Shown piece after piece: positions 41,889 through 54,867 of a DNA stretch of 64,000 bases (within the stretch, counting starts at the first letter, position 1; each line of letters begins with the position of its first letter). This DNA is from Octopus sinensis (taxonomy: Eukaryota), in contig NC_043000.1 of NCBI RefSeq assembly GCF_006345805.1, positions 9,672,001 to 9,736,000 on the forward strand, in the 5' to 3' direction. The notes below the pieces were generated by a model, which saw nothing but the letters and a program-made list of their open reading frames with translations, did not search any database and was not told where the DNA came from. The position numbers and the translations under genes are program-made.

Positions 41889-42455
41889 TTGGGTTGTCCG
41901 GAAAGTTCATGCCGATTTTTAAAGGAAAGAAAAAAGTCAATAAACACTTGCCATTACATTTTTAACCAACCAAATATGAACCATTTTGTTGCACAATGCA
42001 TCTCCATCTTTCCTTCAGCTTGAAAATACCCTCTTCCCAGAATTGAGATGGTTTCATGGCAAAGAATTTATCAAGGTATCTTTTTACGTCATCCAAGGAA
42101 TTGAAATTTTTACCATTAAGACTATTCTGCAGAGACCTGAATAAGTGGAAATCCGAGGGAGCAATATCTGGTGAATATGGAGGGTGGGGTAACACATCCC
42201 AGCCGAGCTGCAGCAATTTTTTGTCTGGTTCCCAAAGCATCAAATGCCGAAAATGAACGTTCTTATCTTCCAATTTAAAGGGTTACAAAACTAACACAGG
42301 TTATAGGAACATAAACCTTCTTCCACGAAAAGATAGCTTAAACTGTGCTCTAAATGGAGGTGTAGTCAAATCCTATTTTATGGAGTCAACCATGTTCTAA
42401 AATAAGTCGAAAGGTAAGCTACTATAAATCGGCACGAACTTTCCGGACAACCCAA
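41889..42455 (-). mobile_element. Internally deleted mariner (DD34D) element with intact TIRs
   Basis: TA-TTGGGTTGTCCGGAAAGTTC(A/G)TGCCGATTT TIRs at both ends with TA TSDs. ORF 41962-42273 joins the mariner N-terminus MEDKNVHFRHLMLWE to HPPYSPDIAPSDFHLF...RWRCIVQQNGSY. Confidence 0.95.
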
Positions 42456-43456
42456 TAGTTTTAGCCTTTCTCAAATTAGCGGCCATCTGTCAAGGTAGGC
42501 TACCACTGTTGCTTTATCTTCTTCGAAGTTAATTAACAGGAGTCCAGTCATTCTTAATGCTGGATGATGTCGAGGTAGGTGCTCTTTATTTAGAGTATTG
42601 TGTACAGTAAGATCATTATGCCACGGCGGTAAATTAAACATGATATTAGAGAAATACTTTATTGAACCTCCTACTATTTGAACTTAAACGGGAATATTAT
42701 ACTTCAATCATTTCTCTTACGAAAGCTTGAATCCACTTTGAAAGGCAAATCAAATCATCAGGAATGAAATCGAAAGGATTAATTGCTATTTATTTATATC
42801 AACCTCATCTTTTATAGCTTTCAGTCGTTTATAATCGACAGCGTTGAGCTTTCCCACTTATATAACTTCTCTTACTGCATACACATGAGATGTGATTGGT
42901 CAAATGCGCTAACGAGGAGGCATCTACATAGTCGCTCTATCTGTTAGAAGTGTCAACCAAATAACACTCTACTGTCTTACAGAAACAGAAGAGAATGGTC
43001 ACAGTAGATACCTCTAAAATGTGGTATGCTCAAGTTTGGAATGTTTTTGGTTCTAAATCTAACTGAATCGAGTTAAATTATCGATAGATGTATTAAACAT
43101 CACCGCTTACAACAAATCAAAATGTCCGCATTTGAATGATAGCATACTTTATTAATTCAGGATGACTGAACGAGAAATACGATTATGAAGGAGATTGAAT
43201 TGAAAGCTGTAAGACATTTATCACAGGGCACAACTTATTGTTGTCTTCGAAGGGCTGTGAAAGCCAATGAAGCAAGAGTTAGGCTCTTCGTCAAGTCAAG
43301 CAGTGAGTGACCTAGTGTAAGTTATTTCACTCTTGAAAAAGGCATGGACCACAGTCTGCTCTACTTTCTGCTAAAGATTTTCAATGTGAAATCAATATTC
43401 CTCTCTGGAAATGCATACATTAATCAATAATACTAACGTCTGCTTTATGAGCAGAG

Positions 43457-43569
43457 ATGGACAGACAGATAGATAGATGGATTGATAGATACATACACAC
43501 ACACATATATAATACAAACATACATACACGTAAATACACATTTGTATATATGTATATATATATATATAC

Positions 43570-43643
<74 letters not shown>

Positions 43644-43656
43644 GTATATATATATG

Positions 43657-43688
<32 letters not shown>

Positions 43689-43910
43689 GACATATATATA
43701 TACATACATACGTATATGTATCTGGATATATATATGTATATATATATATACATATATATGTGTATGTTTGTGTGTGTATAGATATATTTATATGTGTGTG
43801 TGTGTCTATACATACGTACATACATACATACATACATATATACATACATACATATATATATATGTATATACACTCATTATACACACACACACATATATAC
43901 GTATATATAT
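43457..43910. repeat. Compound AT/ATAC/GT microsatellite
   Basis: Direct tandem repeats. Confidence 0.95.
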
Positions 43911-44410
43911 GTATTCTTCCATTGATTCTAGCTACTTGAGTCGAGGGCGTAGCCTTCAGGCATTTAGTCAATCATGTCAACCCAAACGAGTATTTCATTC
44001 AACATAAAGGGACAGGGCATAAAGTCAGACCACGACCAACTTATGCATTCATACACGTGAGTGTATATGTATCTATGCGTATACATGTATATACGTATAC
44101 ATTTGTACATATGTATATATAATATATATGCCTATGAATGTATATTTATGTTGTTATAGACACATACACATAGGTTGTTCGCCATGTTTTTTAATGTATT
44201 ATTTATAACCATTAATGAATAACAACACTCTTCCTTCTCTTACTTCACCTCTTTCGTAACTACCACCACTATTGTTTCGTTATATCATCATTTATGTTGT
44301 TCTTGTTGTCGTTGATATCGACTTTCGTCACCACCGTCCGCCACATAATCTGTTGCATTGCATTACATATATACTCACATTTTAATTATTCATAGATGTT
44401 ATTAAGTCTT

Positions 44411-44431
44411 TCTATCATCATCATTAATATT

Positions 44432-44473
<42 letters not shown>

Positions 44474-44520
44474 GTCGTCGTCGTCGTCGTCGTCGTCGTC
44501 ATCATCATTATCATCATCTT
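44411..44520. repeat. (ATC)n-(GTC)n trinucleotide array
   Basis: Direct tandem repeats; gives the poly-I/V and poly-M/T artefact ORFs. Confidence 0.95.
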
Positions 44521-44888
44521 TCTTCTCCTCTCGAGACGTAATTGCTGTTTGGCATACGTAATTGCCATTGTTATTATTTTATACTTTTATTATAATTTAT
44601 ACATATTCCAGAAATCCCCCCCACCACCACCATCACCAGCTTCTAGTCATTATTATCATCTTTGCTATCATAATATTTCTATGTTTGTAGTGGACATTGC
44701 GTTGTGGCGTCATGTTCGTGACGAATCCATCTCTGTTGGGATCCTTTGTTATTTTATTCATTACTCTTAGGCTTACTTGAAAGGTATAAATACTGTATAA
44801 AGGCAATACATTTATCGCTCTCGTAACCATCACCACTATCACCAACACCACCACAACATAAATGCTTCATTCATACGGGAAACACATG

Positions 44889-44974
<86 letters not shown>

Positions 44975-45090
44975 ATAAAGCGAAGCGAATACAAATAACA
45001 AGAAGCAGCAAAAACCCAAGTCGTGTTCACAGTTAATATTATTTAGTTGACGCTCAGAGAAGGATAAAAGTGATAGAGTAGAGTAAATGT

Positions 45091-45123
45091 TATAACGTTT
45101 CGGACATAGTCCATCGTCAGATA
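45091..45123 (-). ncRNA. Candidate minimal type I hammerhead ribozyme (Penelope-type)
   Basis: The minus strand reads TAT-CTGACGA-T-GGAC-TAT-GTCC-GAA-ACGT-T-ATA: canonical CUGANGA and GAAA core, 4-bp stem II, palindromic ACGU stem III and 3-bp stem I. Confidence 0.65.
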
Positions 45124-45545
45124 CAAGAGTGAAGTCCAGGACAGAATAACGGAAAGTCTTAGTTGTGATAGGAGATTAGAAAAACGTAAACACATATATA
45201 CTACGCTTTCTAGGCACGGAATAAAGGAGGAGACTGCTGACAAACTGTGTCACAATTTCTTGGTCTCATCTCAGAGGAAACTTACCCGTTTCGTTTTCTT
45301 TACCCAATCGTTTGTATTGAATATTCAGTTGATATATAAAGCAGCCAGAAATTAAACTATTACCGTAGTCGACAACTAAATTTCCATATCTGTGCTTTTG
45401 ATTACACGTCATTAGTGAAACAATATATATTTTATGTACAATAAAGCATGAATAATGAGCACTGAAGTAAATTTAACCGTTAGAAAGCTTTAGCTGCGAT
45501 AGGAAATTATATAACAGCGGTATATTCTATGTGATAGGCTGCGGA

Positions 45546-45609
45546 AGGAAATTAAGTACGTTTCCTCTGAAGAGCGGCCAATAAACTGCGAAACTGTATT
45601 TTAGCAGTC
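45546..45609 (+). ncRNA. Candidate hammerhead ribozyme core (incomplete topology)
   Basis: AGGAAA-loop-TTTCCT hairpin, CTGAAGA (45567-45573), stem II GCGG/CTGC, GAAA (45590-45593), CTG...CAG-TC. No single type I or type III fold closes perfectly. Confidence 0.4.
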
Positions 45610-46068
45610 TCTTCTCTCTTTTTTCCGCTGAGGCTCGTTACGCTGCATGACCGCATTCAAATTTTTATTGATTTTAATTAATTTAAATGCTCAGAATCAA
45701 TCATTAAACTAATGGTTTTATTTTTCTTCTCATTACAATTTTAACTAGTTGACATATTTTTGGTCTATTATTCAAGCACCAACATAAGTTTTATTTGAAA
45801 TAGTTTGATTTTTAAAATTTTATAGTGGAAATATGAAAAAAGTGTGAAAAGTACGGTTTTGCTAAATTTGTTGTCAGTTTAACTCGAGAGTTAACTTTGC
45901 TCGAGTCCTGGGCTGGAGAAGATTGTTGCTAATATCTGTTTCCATAATTTTCGGCATCTTGGAAGTGAGTGCGATATGATGAGAGCTTGTAGAGGTAGAG
46001 AAGTTGTCATTCTTGAGAACAGGACAGACCGTAGCGTGAATGCAGAGATGGAGATATATATATATATG

Positions 46069-46170
<102 letters not shown>

Positions 46171-46845
46171 GAGCGTCAGAGGTAGATATAGAAAATAACT
46201 AGATAGATAGAGAGATAGAGAGAGCGAGAGAGGGAGGGAGAGAGGGAGAGATAGAGAAAATGGAAGGAATATTTTCCAAGTATGTGATGATCCATGTTTG
46301 AAACGACTGGAAACACGTTCACTCTTGGAAAAAAATAATTTGGCGAACATATTTTGTTTGTGTAGTGGGAAGTTGAGTGTAAACCTGTTAGAGAATGCGG
46401 ATGTTTTCTCTGCAGGACAGCAGTTTACAAAACTATCATGGCTGTGAAGTGAAGAAAATACGTATTCTACAAAAGTGGTTAATATCGGTTTGGTAATGAA
46501 CAAAAGGGGCCGACTAGAGCATGAGAGGAGATTGAGGCCGAAGTATATATGCTGCCTGGATGTTTCCTTCGCGATTCAGTATTGCAATGAGTGTTGCATC
46601 GAGTAAGAGACGTCCAATTTCTAGTTAAAGGAAGTACAGCTACATGTGAACTCAGTGAGGTATCTAGATCTGCGAGTTTTTGTTGACTGTGGAAGAACAC
46701 GAACTGAAGGACAGTTTCTCTCCACCACCTAGCTGCTTCCAATGCGTCAAGGCTGAAGATGATATGAAATCAGGGATACTTAACATAGAACCGGCGGAGT
46801 TTTGACAAGTAGGCTATTTGAAGCGCCATGTGACGGAGTTATATA

Positions 46846-47076
46846 TTTCTTTACTACCCACAAGGGGCTAAACACAGAGGGGACAAACAAGGACAGACAA
46901 ACGGATTAAGTCGATTACATCGACCCCAGTGCGAAACTGGTTCTTAATTTATCGACCCCGAAAGGATGAAAGGCAAAATCGACCTCGACGGAATTTGAAC
47001 TCAGAACGTAGCGGCGGACGAAATACGGCTACGCATTTCGCCCGGCGTGCTAACGTTTCTGCCAGCTCGCCGCCTT
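46846..47076 (-). mobile_element. Family A SINE monomer
   Basis: 19-bp TSD CATGTGA(C/A)GGAGTTATATA at 46827-46845 and 47077-47095. Confidence 0.95.
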
Positions 47077-47770
47077 CATGTGAAGGAGTTATATAGGAAG
47101 TAGGTGTGTGGTACGTAAATGCGATAAGGTCGTTGTCGGGTCATCTGATAAGTGCAAAGATAGTTATGGACTGGAAAATATTGAGCATAGGTGTAAGCAG
47201 GAGTCAAGAGTAGTTGATCCAGAGATGTGTTTGGAGGAAACTTGTCAAGGATTGCAAGATTCTGTTTCTGTTCAACTGGCACCAGTATGGGAATAGTGTG
47301 AGCTAAGAATAATTGTGAGCACTGAAGTCATTGAGAAAGATTATTTAAGAGAGTGGTGACAAGAGATGAAAACCTTTGATGTAGGAAGAGTTGTTGGTAG
47401 TTCGGAGAAAGATGGTGGAGGGAAAATGGTGCTGAGAGACTTTGAACCAGAGCAACTGGGAAGTCTTTATTGCTGATATTCAGATGAGAAAGGTGAGTGG
47501 CAGGGAAAGTGGTATCTATTTATGCGCAAACGCTATCTTTTGAGTGCAGTTTGAGTGAAGAGGTTTGTCTGGGTATCAGAGATGGATTATAGATAGAGGT
47601 TGAGTGGTGTGTGTCTGGAAGAGGAACAGAGCGTGTTGTTTGCCATATAAAACACGATGCGAAAAGATATAAACATTGCAACCACAAAAACAACAAAATA
47701 AAAAGAAAAGACATTGTGAGTGAATGTGATTGAAGATGAAAGGTTAATTAAAAAGTAGTAAAGACATGCA

Positions 47771-47991
47771 CGAGGGGATTCTGAAAAGTTCTTGGCTTTG
47801 GATGAAAGAAAATATGGGAGGATCATTTAATTATGATTTTATTCAACATATTCCCCTCTCAGATTCACACACTTATTGCAGCAGTCCTCCAGTTTTTTTC
47901 TAAGCCCTGTCAAAGAACTCGGAAGGTTGAGCCTACAACCAGGCCTTTCGCGACACCCTTAGAGCGATAAACTTTTTAGCACCCCCTCTCG
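47771..47991. mobile_element. Mariner-type MITE (~220 bp)
   Basis: Imperfect TIRs CGAGGGGATTCTGAAAAGTT / AACTTTTTAGCACCCCCTCTCG. Confidence 0.75.
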
Positions 47992-49144
47992 GATGTAGCT
48001 TTTGCATAATAGAAATGGTAGTGAATTTAATTCTTGATGTCAGGTTGATATAACTGAGTTTCAAAGTCTTCCAGACGGCAAGGTGTCTGTCTAGTTTATT
48101 AGAACCATCTAACGATAGTAATGTTCTTAAATCCTTTAAAACTAAGTGGACTATGAAGGTAGCCTACAACTCGATTTGAATTTATAACAATGTTTAAACA
48201 CCACTGTGTGTTAATGAGACGGCGGATGAGACTTTTACAGTCAGGTTGCTTCGAATTTCAAAGAGACAATCGATCAGTTTCAGATTATCCGGACAAAACC
48301 TCATTACACTCAAAGGTTAAACAATGGGGAACGTGCGCATCAAGATACAGAAAATATACCCAGGACAGGTATTCAGTACGAGATAATCAGTCATTGGAAT
48401 GTTGTGTTGGCTTACAGTTCGTCTAGTTAATGAAACAATCAGGCCTGTCTTAGCGGTATCAAGTTGTCATCGAATCGAGCTATCTTTGACTGTGAAATAA
48501 AAGATAGGGTTAAACAAATTAAATCTTCCCTAATATGAGTCAGAAAACAATAAGAGTGAGGAAGAATTACAAGGAATTGCTGAATCGGTTGAAGAACATA
48601 GCATGTGTTACTTACAGGAAGAGGTATATGAAGGTATAATTAGTTTAGGTTTCACAGATTAGAATTCATTAATTATCCAACTCCGTTGTCTATTATATCG
48701 TACTATGCCTAAAAAATTCTAGACAAGGGTCAGATTACTTAAGCATTCTATTAAAATACCAAGGTAAAGTGTAAAAGGTTACAATTAAGTAAGCCTATTT
48801 TATATTTAGCCGAAAAATGCAAAAAATTCCATTAAATAACAACGTATTCTATACATCATTTACACAAAGCCTGTAACACATTCACTCACACACATATGCA
48901 TGTATACATATGTGTGTGAGCATATGTGCCTGTGTATGAGTGAGCGCGTGCGTGTATATGTGAAACTGTACTTACTATGTGCGTAGGATGTTCTTGCTGT
49001 TGAATGCCAGCCCTTAGCATCCTGCCACGAAACGAAGAAGCAAACTTACAGACATTCACAGTGCTCTAAATCTGCCTCGTCGCAGGCCCTTATAAAGACA
49101 CAGCACGACAGTAAGCCTTATTTTCGAAACCCTCGATCAGTTAC

Positions 49145-49550
49145 TCTTTTTCTCTCTTTTTACTCTTTTACATGTTTCAGCCATGTGACTGTGGCCATGC
49201 TAGAGCACCGCCTTTAGTCGAGCAAATCGACCCCAGGACTTATTCTTTATAAGCCTAGTATTTATTCTTTTGCCGAACCGCTAAGTAACGGGACGTAAAC
49301 ACACCAGCATCGGTTGTCAAGAAATTTTGAGGTGGGGGACAAACATATACACACACATACATATATGTATACATATATACGACAGGATTCTTTCAGTTTC
49401 CGTCTACTAAATCCACTCACAAGGCTTTGGTCGGCCCGAGGCTATAGTAGTAGACACTTGCCCAAGGTGCCACGCAGTGGGGCTGAACCCGGAACCATGT
49501 GGTTGGTAAGCAAGGTATTTACCACACAGCCACTCCACACAGCCACTCCT
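49145..49550 (-). mobile_element. Family B SINE
   Basis: Matches the other family B copies; short head duplication CCACACAGCCACTC x2. Confidence 0.92.
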
Positions 49551-50136
49551 ACAGTTGTTTAACATCATGCCAAATTTTAGCGTTACATCATCTTTAAAAA
49601 AATGCAAAACAGCTTCTATCAATCTATTGAGTACACTAAGAGAACGGTTACGAAGATTAAAGATTAAAGATCTACCCACAAAAGAGAATATCTCCTGTGA
49701 ATTCAAAGAGGGAACTTATATGTGATTACTCGTCTACATGGTGTCTACCTTCCAAGGAATAACAGATAGATATCTCTCGTATCACACCGTATCATCATTA
49801 AAAGACGACGTGTATCTTATACAATATAGACTTAGAGAGGTAATGCCAGAAAGGAAGACGCCTTTAATCGTAAGTCTGCTAGATTAAAACTGGTTTGTGA
49901 ATAAACAACAGCAACAACAACAACAACAACAACAACGACGACGACGACGACGTCAATGGCTATGACGATGGCGATGACGATCATAACGATGGCAAGAAGC
50001 GTTTCTAAATGACAATCAATAAAACACCAAAATAACCTCAGTCCGACAAGGCAAGAGATAATGGCGAACAAAAGAGACAAATCAAAAGATTAGTGTAATA
50101 TGTTGAATAGATAGACATTATGATGTACATACATGT

Positions 50137-50175
<39 letters not shown>

Positions 50176-50189
50176 TATGTTGGGGTGCG

Positions 50190-50224
<35 letters not shown>

Positions 50225-50229
<5 letters not shown>

Positions 50230-50625
50230 AAAACAGAAAATGGAGAAATATTGATGAACAACAATTGACAAACATCAATTATTATATATCAATTCAATGC
50301 AAATAGACTGCATCCTATCTAACAGCTGTTTCTGCTTCCAATGTTGTTGTATGGTGTTGTCATTGACATGCAAAAGTATGAAAAAATATTAATTATATTT
50401 GGTTACAAAACCGATCAGAAACAAGGAGTTTCATCAGAGAGGAGAATGAAGAATGAATAAATAAAGTTCGATTTTATTACCAAATATGATTAATATTTTT
50501 ACGTATTCTTGGAAGCAGAAACAGCTGTTAGATGAGATGCAGTCTATTTGCATTGAATTAATGAATAATAATTGATCTAAGTCAATTGTTGTTCATCAGT
50601 GCTTCTCCATTTTCTGTTTTCTTTA
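50225..50625. repeat. Fold-back element (~117-bp outer arms plus inner arms) abutting (AT)n
   Basis: TAAAGAAAACAGAAAATGGAGAA...AACAGCTGTTTCTGCTTCCAA (50225-50342) pairs with TTGGAAGCAGAAACAGCTGTT...TTCTCCATTTTCTGTTTTCTTTA (50509-50625). Confidence 0.9.
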
Positions 50626-51814
50626 AATTTTGATTCTTGATAAACCCATATTTATCCTTGTCTTTACCCATAACTTATGAGCATAATATGTTTGCATATG
50701 TATGCCCATGGTTAAATATAGGCAATATACCCGTAGTGTAATGGATACTTCTATCCCTTAGATGGTTATTTTAACCACTAACTCAACTAACGTTTGATAT
50801 ATATATATATATATATATATATCTCACATACACATGCATCTACATTAATCTATGCATAAACTGCAACGTATCGCATTAATTGCATAAGAATATGATCGAG
50901 AGAATACGATATTGCTGACAGAACCATCTGTGATAACACGTCATAATGTAAAACTAATTTATCTACCCAATGAGGAAGAGCCTACCTCTACAAAATCCTT
51001 CGTCATGCTAAATATAGCAGCTAAATCTCCTTCAAACTTAGCCACACCATCTTAAACATAAGGACTTTTGGAATAATACGTTCTTTGATAAGTATTTTCT
51101 GAATTGAAAGCAATGTCTTTGATCAAGGAGCATTTCGATAAGGGCTTACTTGTGGTTAACCCAAAATAAACTAATTTATACTTTGAGACCCAAACTAATT
51201 ATTTTTCTGCTAACGAGTTTTTTTCATAAACTTCAAACGAACAACGAAAACAAAACTGAAAATATAAATATAGTACTTGATATTTAGTCAGATGTTTAAC
51301 GCCTTTATATATTTCTAAGATACAATAATTAGAAATGCATTTTATCTTCTTATTTGTTTTGGTCTTTTATCAAGTAACCGAATTATCTTTCATTACTTTT
51401 TCCTTCATGGGTGAATCACCGTACTCTAGTACATTCCCATGATAGTAACGGAAAAGAACACCCACTACTGGGTGGCTCATTCAGTTTAAAATTATCATGT
51501 TAAGTTACCTTCCTTTTCATGAATATTCTTCCCACATCGATGTCGTGGGTTAATGCGACGCAGTTGTTAAAAGTAGTACGTTTTACCTCTCAGCACACAA
51601 ACACGCAAATACATCAAAAATGGAAAATGATAGCAGTATTAGCGGGGAGATAATTACAAAGTAGCAAGCTTAGAACTTCGAAGGCGAGGCGGATGGGTGG
51701 CTGATTATTTCATATAAGTTACGTAGATAGTAGCATCAGATGACCGAAGTAAGAAGAGTTTCATTGACGAAGTTTCTTGCTTTCTATTCATCTAAAATCC
51801 ATAAACATGACAAT

Positions 51815-52205
51815 GTGATTGGCAAAAAACCATCTTACAAATAATAATTCTGAGCATCTTTTCAAACTCCAACTGTCTAACACCCGTGGACATATTTACA
51901 AAGTCAGAAAACAGCACAGCTCCCATGACTTTCGGACACATTTTTTCACGTTAAAAGTTGCTGAAGCATGGAACAAACTGATGGCATCAGTTGTTAGTTG
52001 TCGGAGCACTGCATCCTTCAAAACTTCCATGCTTCTTGAGATTCGCCAACACTACACCTGATTTTCTCCCCTCCATACACACGCAAGCATCTGTCTGACT
52101 CAAACACCGTTCACTTTCCAGACATTTGTACATTACTGCATATACTTTATACGCACTTTTGACAAGTTGTGGTACACCTGAGCACTGTATACAATAATTT
52201 CATTA
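51815..52205 (+). mobile_element. CR1-clade LINE 3' fragment
   Basis: TRGHIYKVRKQHSSHDFRTHFFTLKVAEAWNKL...VVSCRSTASFK (CR1 ORF2 C-terminal TRGH...FF..RV...WN.L...VV pattern) plus 3' UTR. Confidence 0.85.
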
Positions 52206-52340
52206 TATATTATATTTTAAAAGCTTCTAAGTAATATTTTATCATCTGACGTTCGTACTTCATACCTCTGAAGACGACCATACTAGTAGTTTTACTCTTT
52301 GTGGGTCATGAGGTGATTTATTAGGCCAATATTAGCATAA

Positions 52341-52670
52341 CAGGTGGAAGGCGCGTGACTTAGTGGTAAGGGCATTCGGCTTACGATTGTCAGGTCATGA
52401 GTTCGATTCCCGGCGACGCGTAGGTTCCTTGAGCAAGATACTTTATTTCACGTTGCTCCAGTCCACTCAGCTGGCAAAAATGAGTTCTACCTGTATTTCA
52501 AAGGGCCGGCCTTGTCACACTCTGTGTCACGCTGAATCTCCCCGAGAACTACGTTAGGGGTACACGTGTCTGTGGATTGCCCAGTCACTTGCACGTTAAT
52601 TTCACGAGCAGGCTGTTCCGTTGATCGTACCAGCTGGGACCCTCATCGTCGTAACCGACGGAGTGCTCCT
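52341..52670 (+). mobile_element. tRNA-derived SINE, family D (CORE-like CCTTGAGCAAG...CAGTCCACTCAGCTG) with the same tail as 4877-5040
   Basis: 11-bp TSD TATTAGCATAA at 52330-52340 and 52671-52681. Confidence 0.9.
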
Positions 52671-52832
52671 TATTAGCATAAAATCCACAGCTGCAATGGA
52701 GGAACGTAATAGCAAAGTCGGGATCTAGTAGGACTCTTGTTTTCTGTGCAGTGCTCCCTTTAGTTTTTCTGATCATTTCTGAATCTGAGTGCTATACTCC
52801 AGAGTTCACTAGTAGACTCACAGCAGTATACC

Positions 52833-53249
52833 TATTTCTTTACTACCCAGAAGGGGCTAAACACAGAGAGGACAAACAAGGACAGACAAACGGATTAAGT
52901 CGATTATATCGATCCCAGTGCGTAACTGGTACTTATTTAATCGACCCCGAAAGGATAAAAGGCAAAGTCGACCTCGGCGGAATTTGAACTTAGAACATAG
53001 CGGCAGACTAAATACCTATTTCTTTACTACCCACAAGGGGCTAAACACAGAGGGGACAAACAAGGACAGGCAAATAGATTAAGTCGATTACATCGACCGC
53101 AGTGCGTAACTGGTACTTAATTTATCGATCCCGAAAGGATGAAAGGCAAAGTCGACCTCGGCGGAATTTGAACTCAGAACGTAACGGCAGACGAAATACG
53201 GCTAAGCATTTCGTCCGACGTGCTAACGTTTCTGCCAGCTTGCCTCCTT
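52833..53249 (-). mobile_element. Family A SINE partial-tandem dimer
   Basis: Same monomer plus head-less unit structure and junction as 16703-17126; 15-bp TSD TCACAGCAG(T/A)ATACC. Confidence 0.93.
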
Positions 53250-53989
53250 TCACAGCAGAATACCACTATGAGCAATCGTAACGAAGATATTCCCAAATAG
53301 ACTACTCTAAGTTACCCTTTTTAAAGGTTGTCTTGAGAGCGTCTGTATGTCCTCTAATGACTAATACAATCGAAATGATTGCTTCTTTTCCCCACACATT
53401 TAACATCAATAAAATATGTATTTACAATATGAAATTTAACCAGTGGCAATTTTAGTCCCTTGTCAGTGACGGAACATGATGATGAAAATTTTGTTGTCGT
53501 CTGTATATATAATCATTCACCAATGACCTTAAGACTAAAGAGTTCAACCCACGATCTTATGGTTCTAGGATTGGCCCCACTGCGGGACATTTTGAGAAAG
53601 TGACTTCTACTTTAAGTAGAAGTGGCTGAGGTAAACATTGCAAAAGCCGTTGTACAAACGCACGCACGCATACATACTCACACATGCGCACGTATACACT
53701 GATCATCTACAGACATATCCGTGCACACAAACACACACATATATATAGTGTAAAAACAACGAACCTTAAAAAGGACAACACGGTAGGAACATAGTTTGAC
53801 AAATAAGATTTTTGTTTAACGTTTTAACAGAAAGAGAGTGTAGCTATCTCATGTGCTTTATCAATATCTTTATATTCTCACTATACTACTCCGCCACAAT
53901 ATATTTATATTCTCACTGTCAACCCCGCCACAGACACGCTTTCAAACTACTCACCTAATAAATTATACGTCAACGCACCAAACCGAACT

Positions 53990-54255
53990 CTCCTCACTCG
54001 TGAGTTTCTCGCCAAAAAACAACATGGTATCGCTTCCACATCCGCCCTATTCACCAGATTTAGCACCTGCGGACTTCCATCTTCCCCAAGATGAAAATGC
54101 ACCTCAAAGGTCATCGTTTAACACCGCTGTCAAAATCCAGAGCGAATCACAGAAGGTCCTCGACTTGCTTACTGAAAACTACTTTCAGGCCGGATTCCAT
54201 AAGTGACAGGAACGCTGGGGCCGGTGCATTGCTACGTAAGATGACTATTTAAGAA
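53990..54255 (+). mobile_element. Mariner transposase C-terminal remnant
   Basis: MVSLPHPPYSPDLAPADFHL, then a frameshift to PKMKMHLKGHRFNT...QAGFHK*QERWGRCI. Confidence 0.85.
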
Positions 54256-54267
54256 TAATGAAACTAT

Positions 54268-54635
54268 TGTATATAGTGTTCAGGTGCATCACAACTTGTC
54301 AAAAGTGCGTATAAAGCATATGCAGTAATGTACAAATGTCTGGAAAGTGAGCAGTGTATGAGTCAGATACATGCTTGCGTGTGTATGGAGGGGAGAAAAT
54401 CAGGTGTAGTGTTGGCGAATCACAGGAATCGTGGAAGTTTTGAAGGATGCAGTGCTCCGACAACTAACAACTGATGCTGGCAGTTTGTTCCATACCTCAG
54501 AAACTCTTAGCGTGAAAAAATGTTTCCGAAAGTCATGGGAGCTGTGCTGTTTTCTGACTTTGTAAACATGTCTACAGGTGTTAGACAGGTGGAGTTTTGA
54601 AAAGGTGCTCAGAGTTATTGTTGGTAAGATGGTTA
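54268..54635 (-). mobile_element. CR1-clade LINE 3' fragment (inverted relative to 51815-52205)
   Basis: Reverse complement of the 51815-52205 sequence with substitutions. Confidence 0.85.
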
Positions 54636-54867
54636 ATAATTTTATGGGTGTCTGCCAAGTCAGCTGCCAGACGTCGGTGTTTCAATGTATCTATGCCCAG
54701 GGAAGTAAGGCGTTCAGAATACGGCAAATACCTAATGGAGGGTAAGAAGATGATATAGCTTAGATAAATAATTTATATCTTATTAAACATAACTAGTCCG
54801 GGAACTTTTTGATACCACCACGTATATAAAAGAATATTCGATAAAACATCAACTATCTTTAACTATA

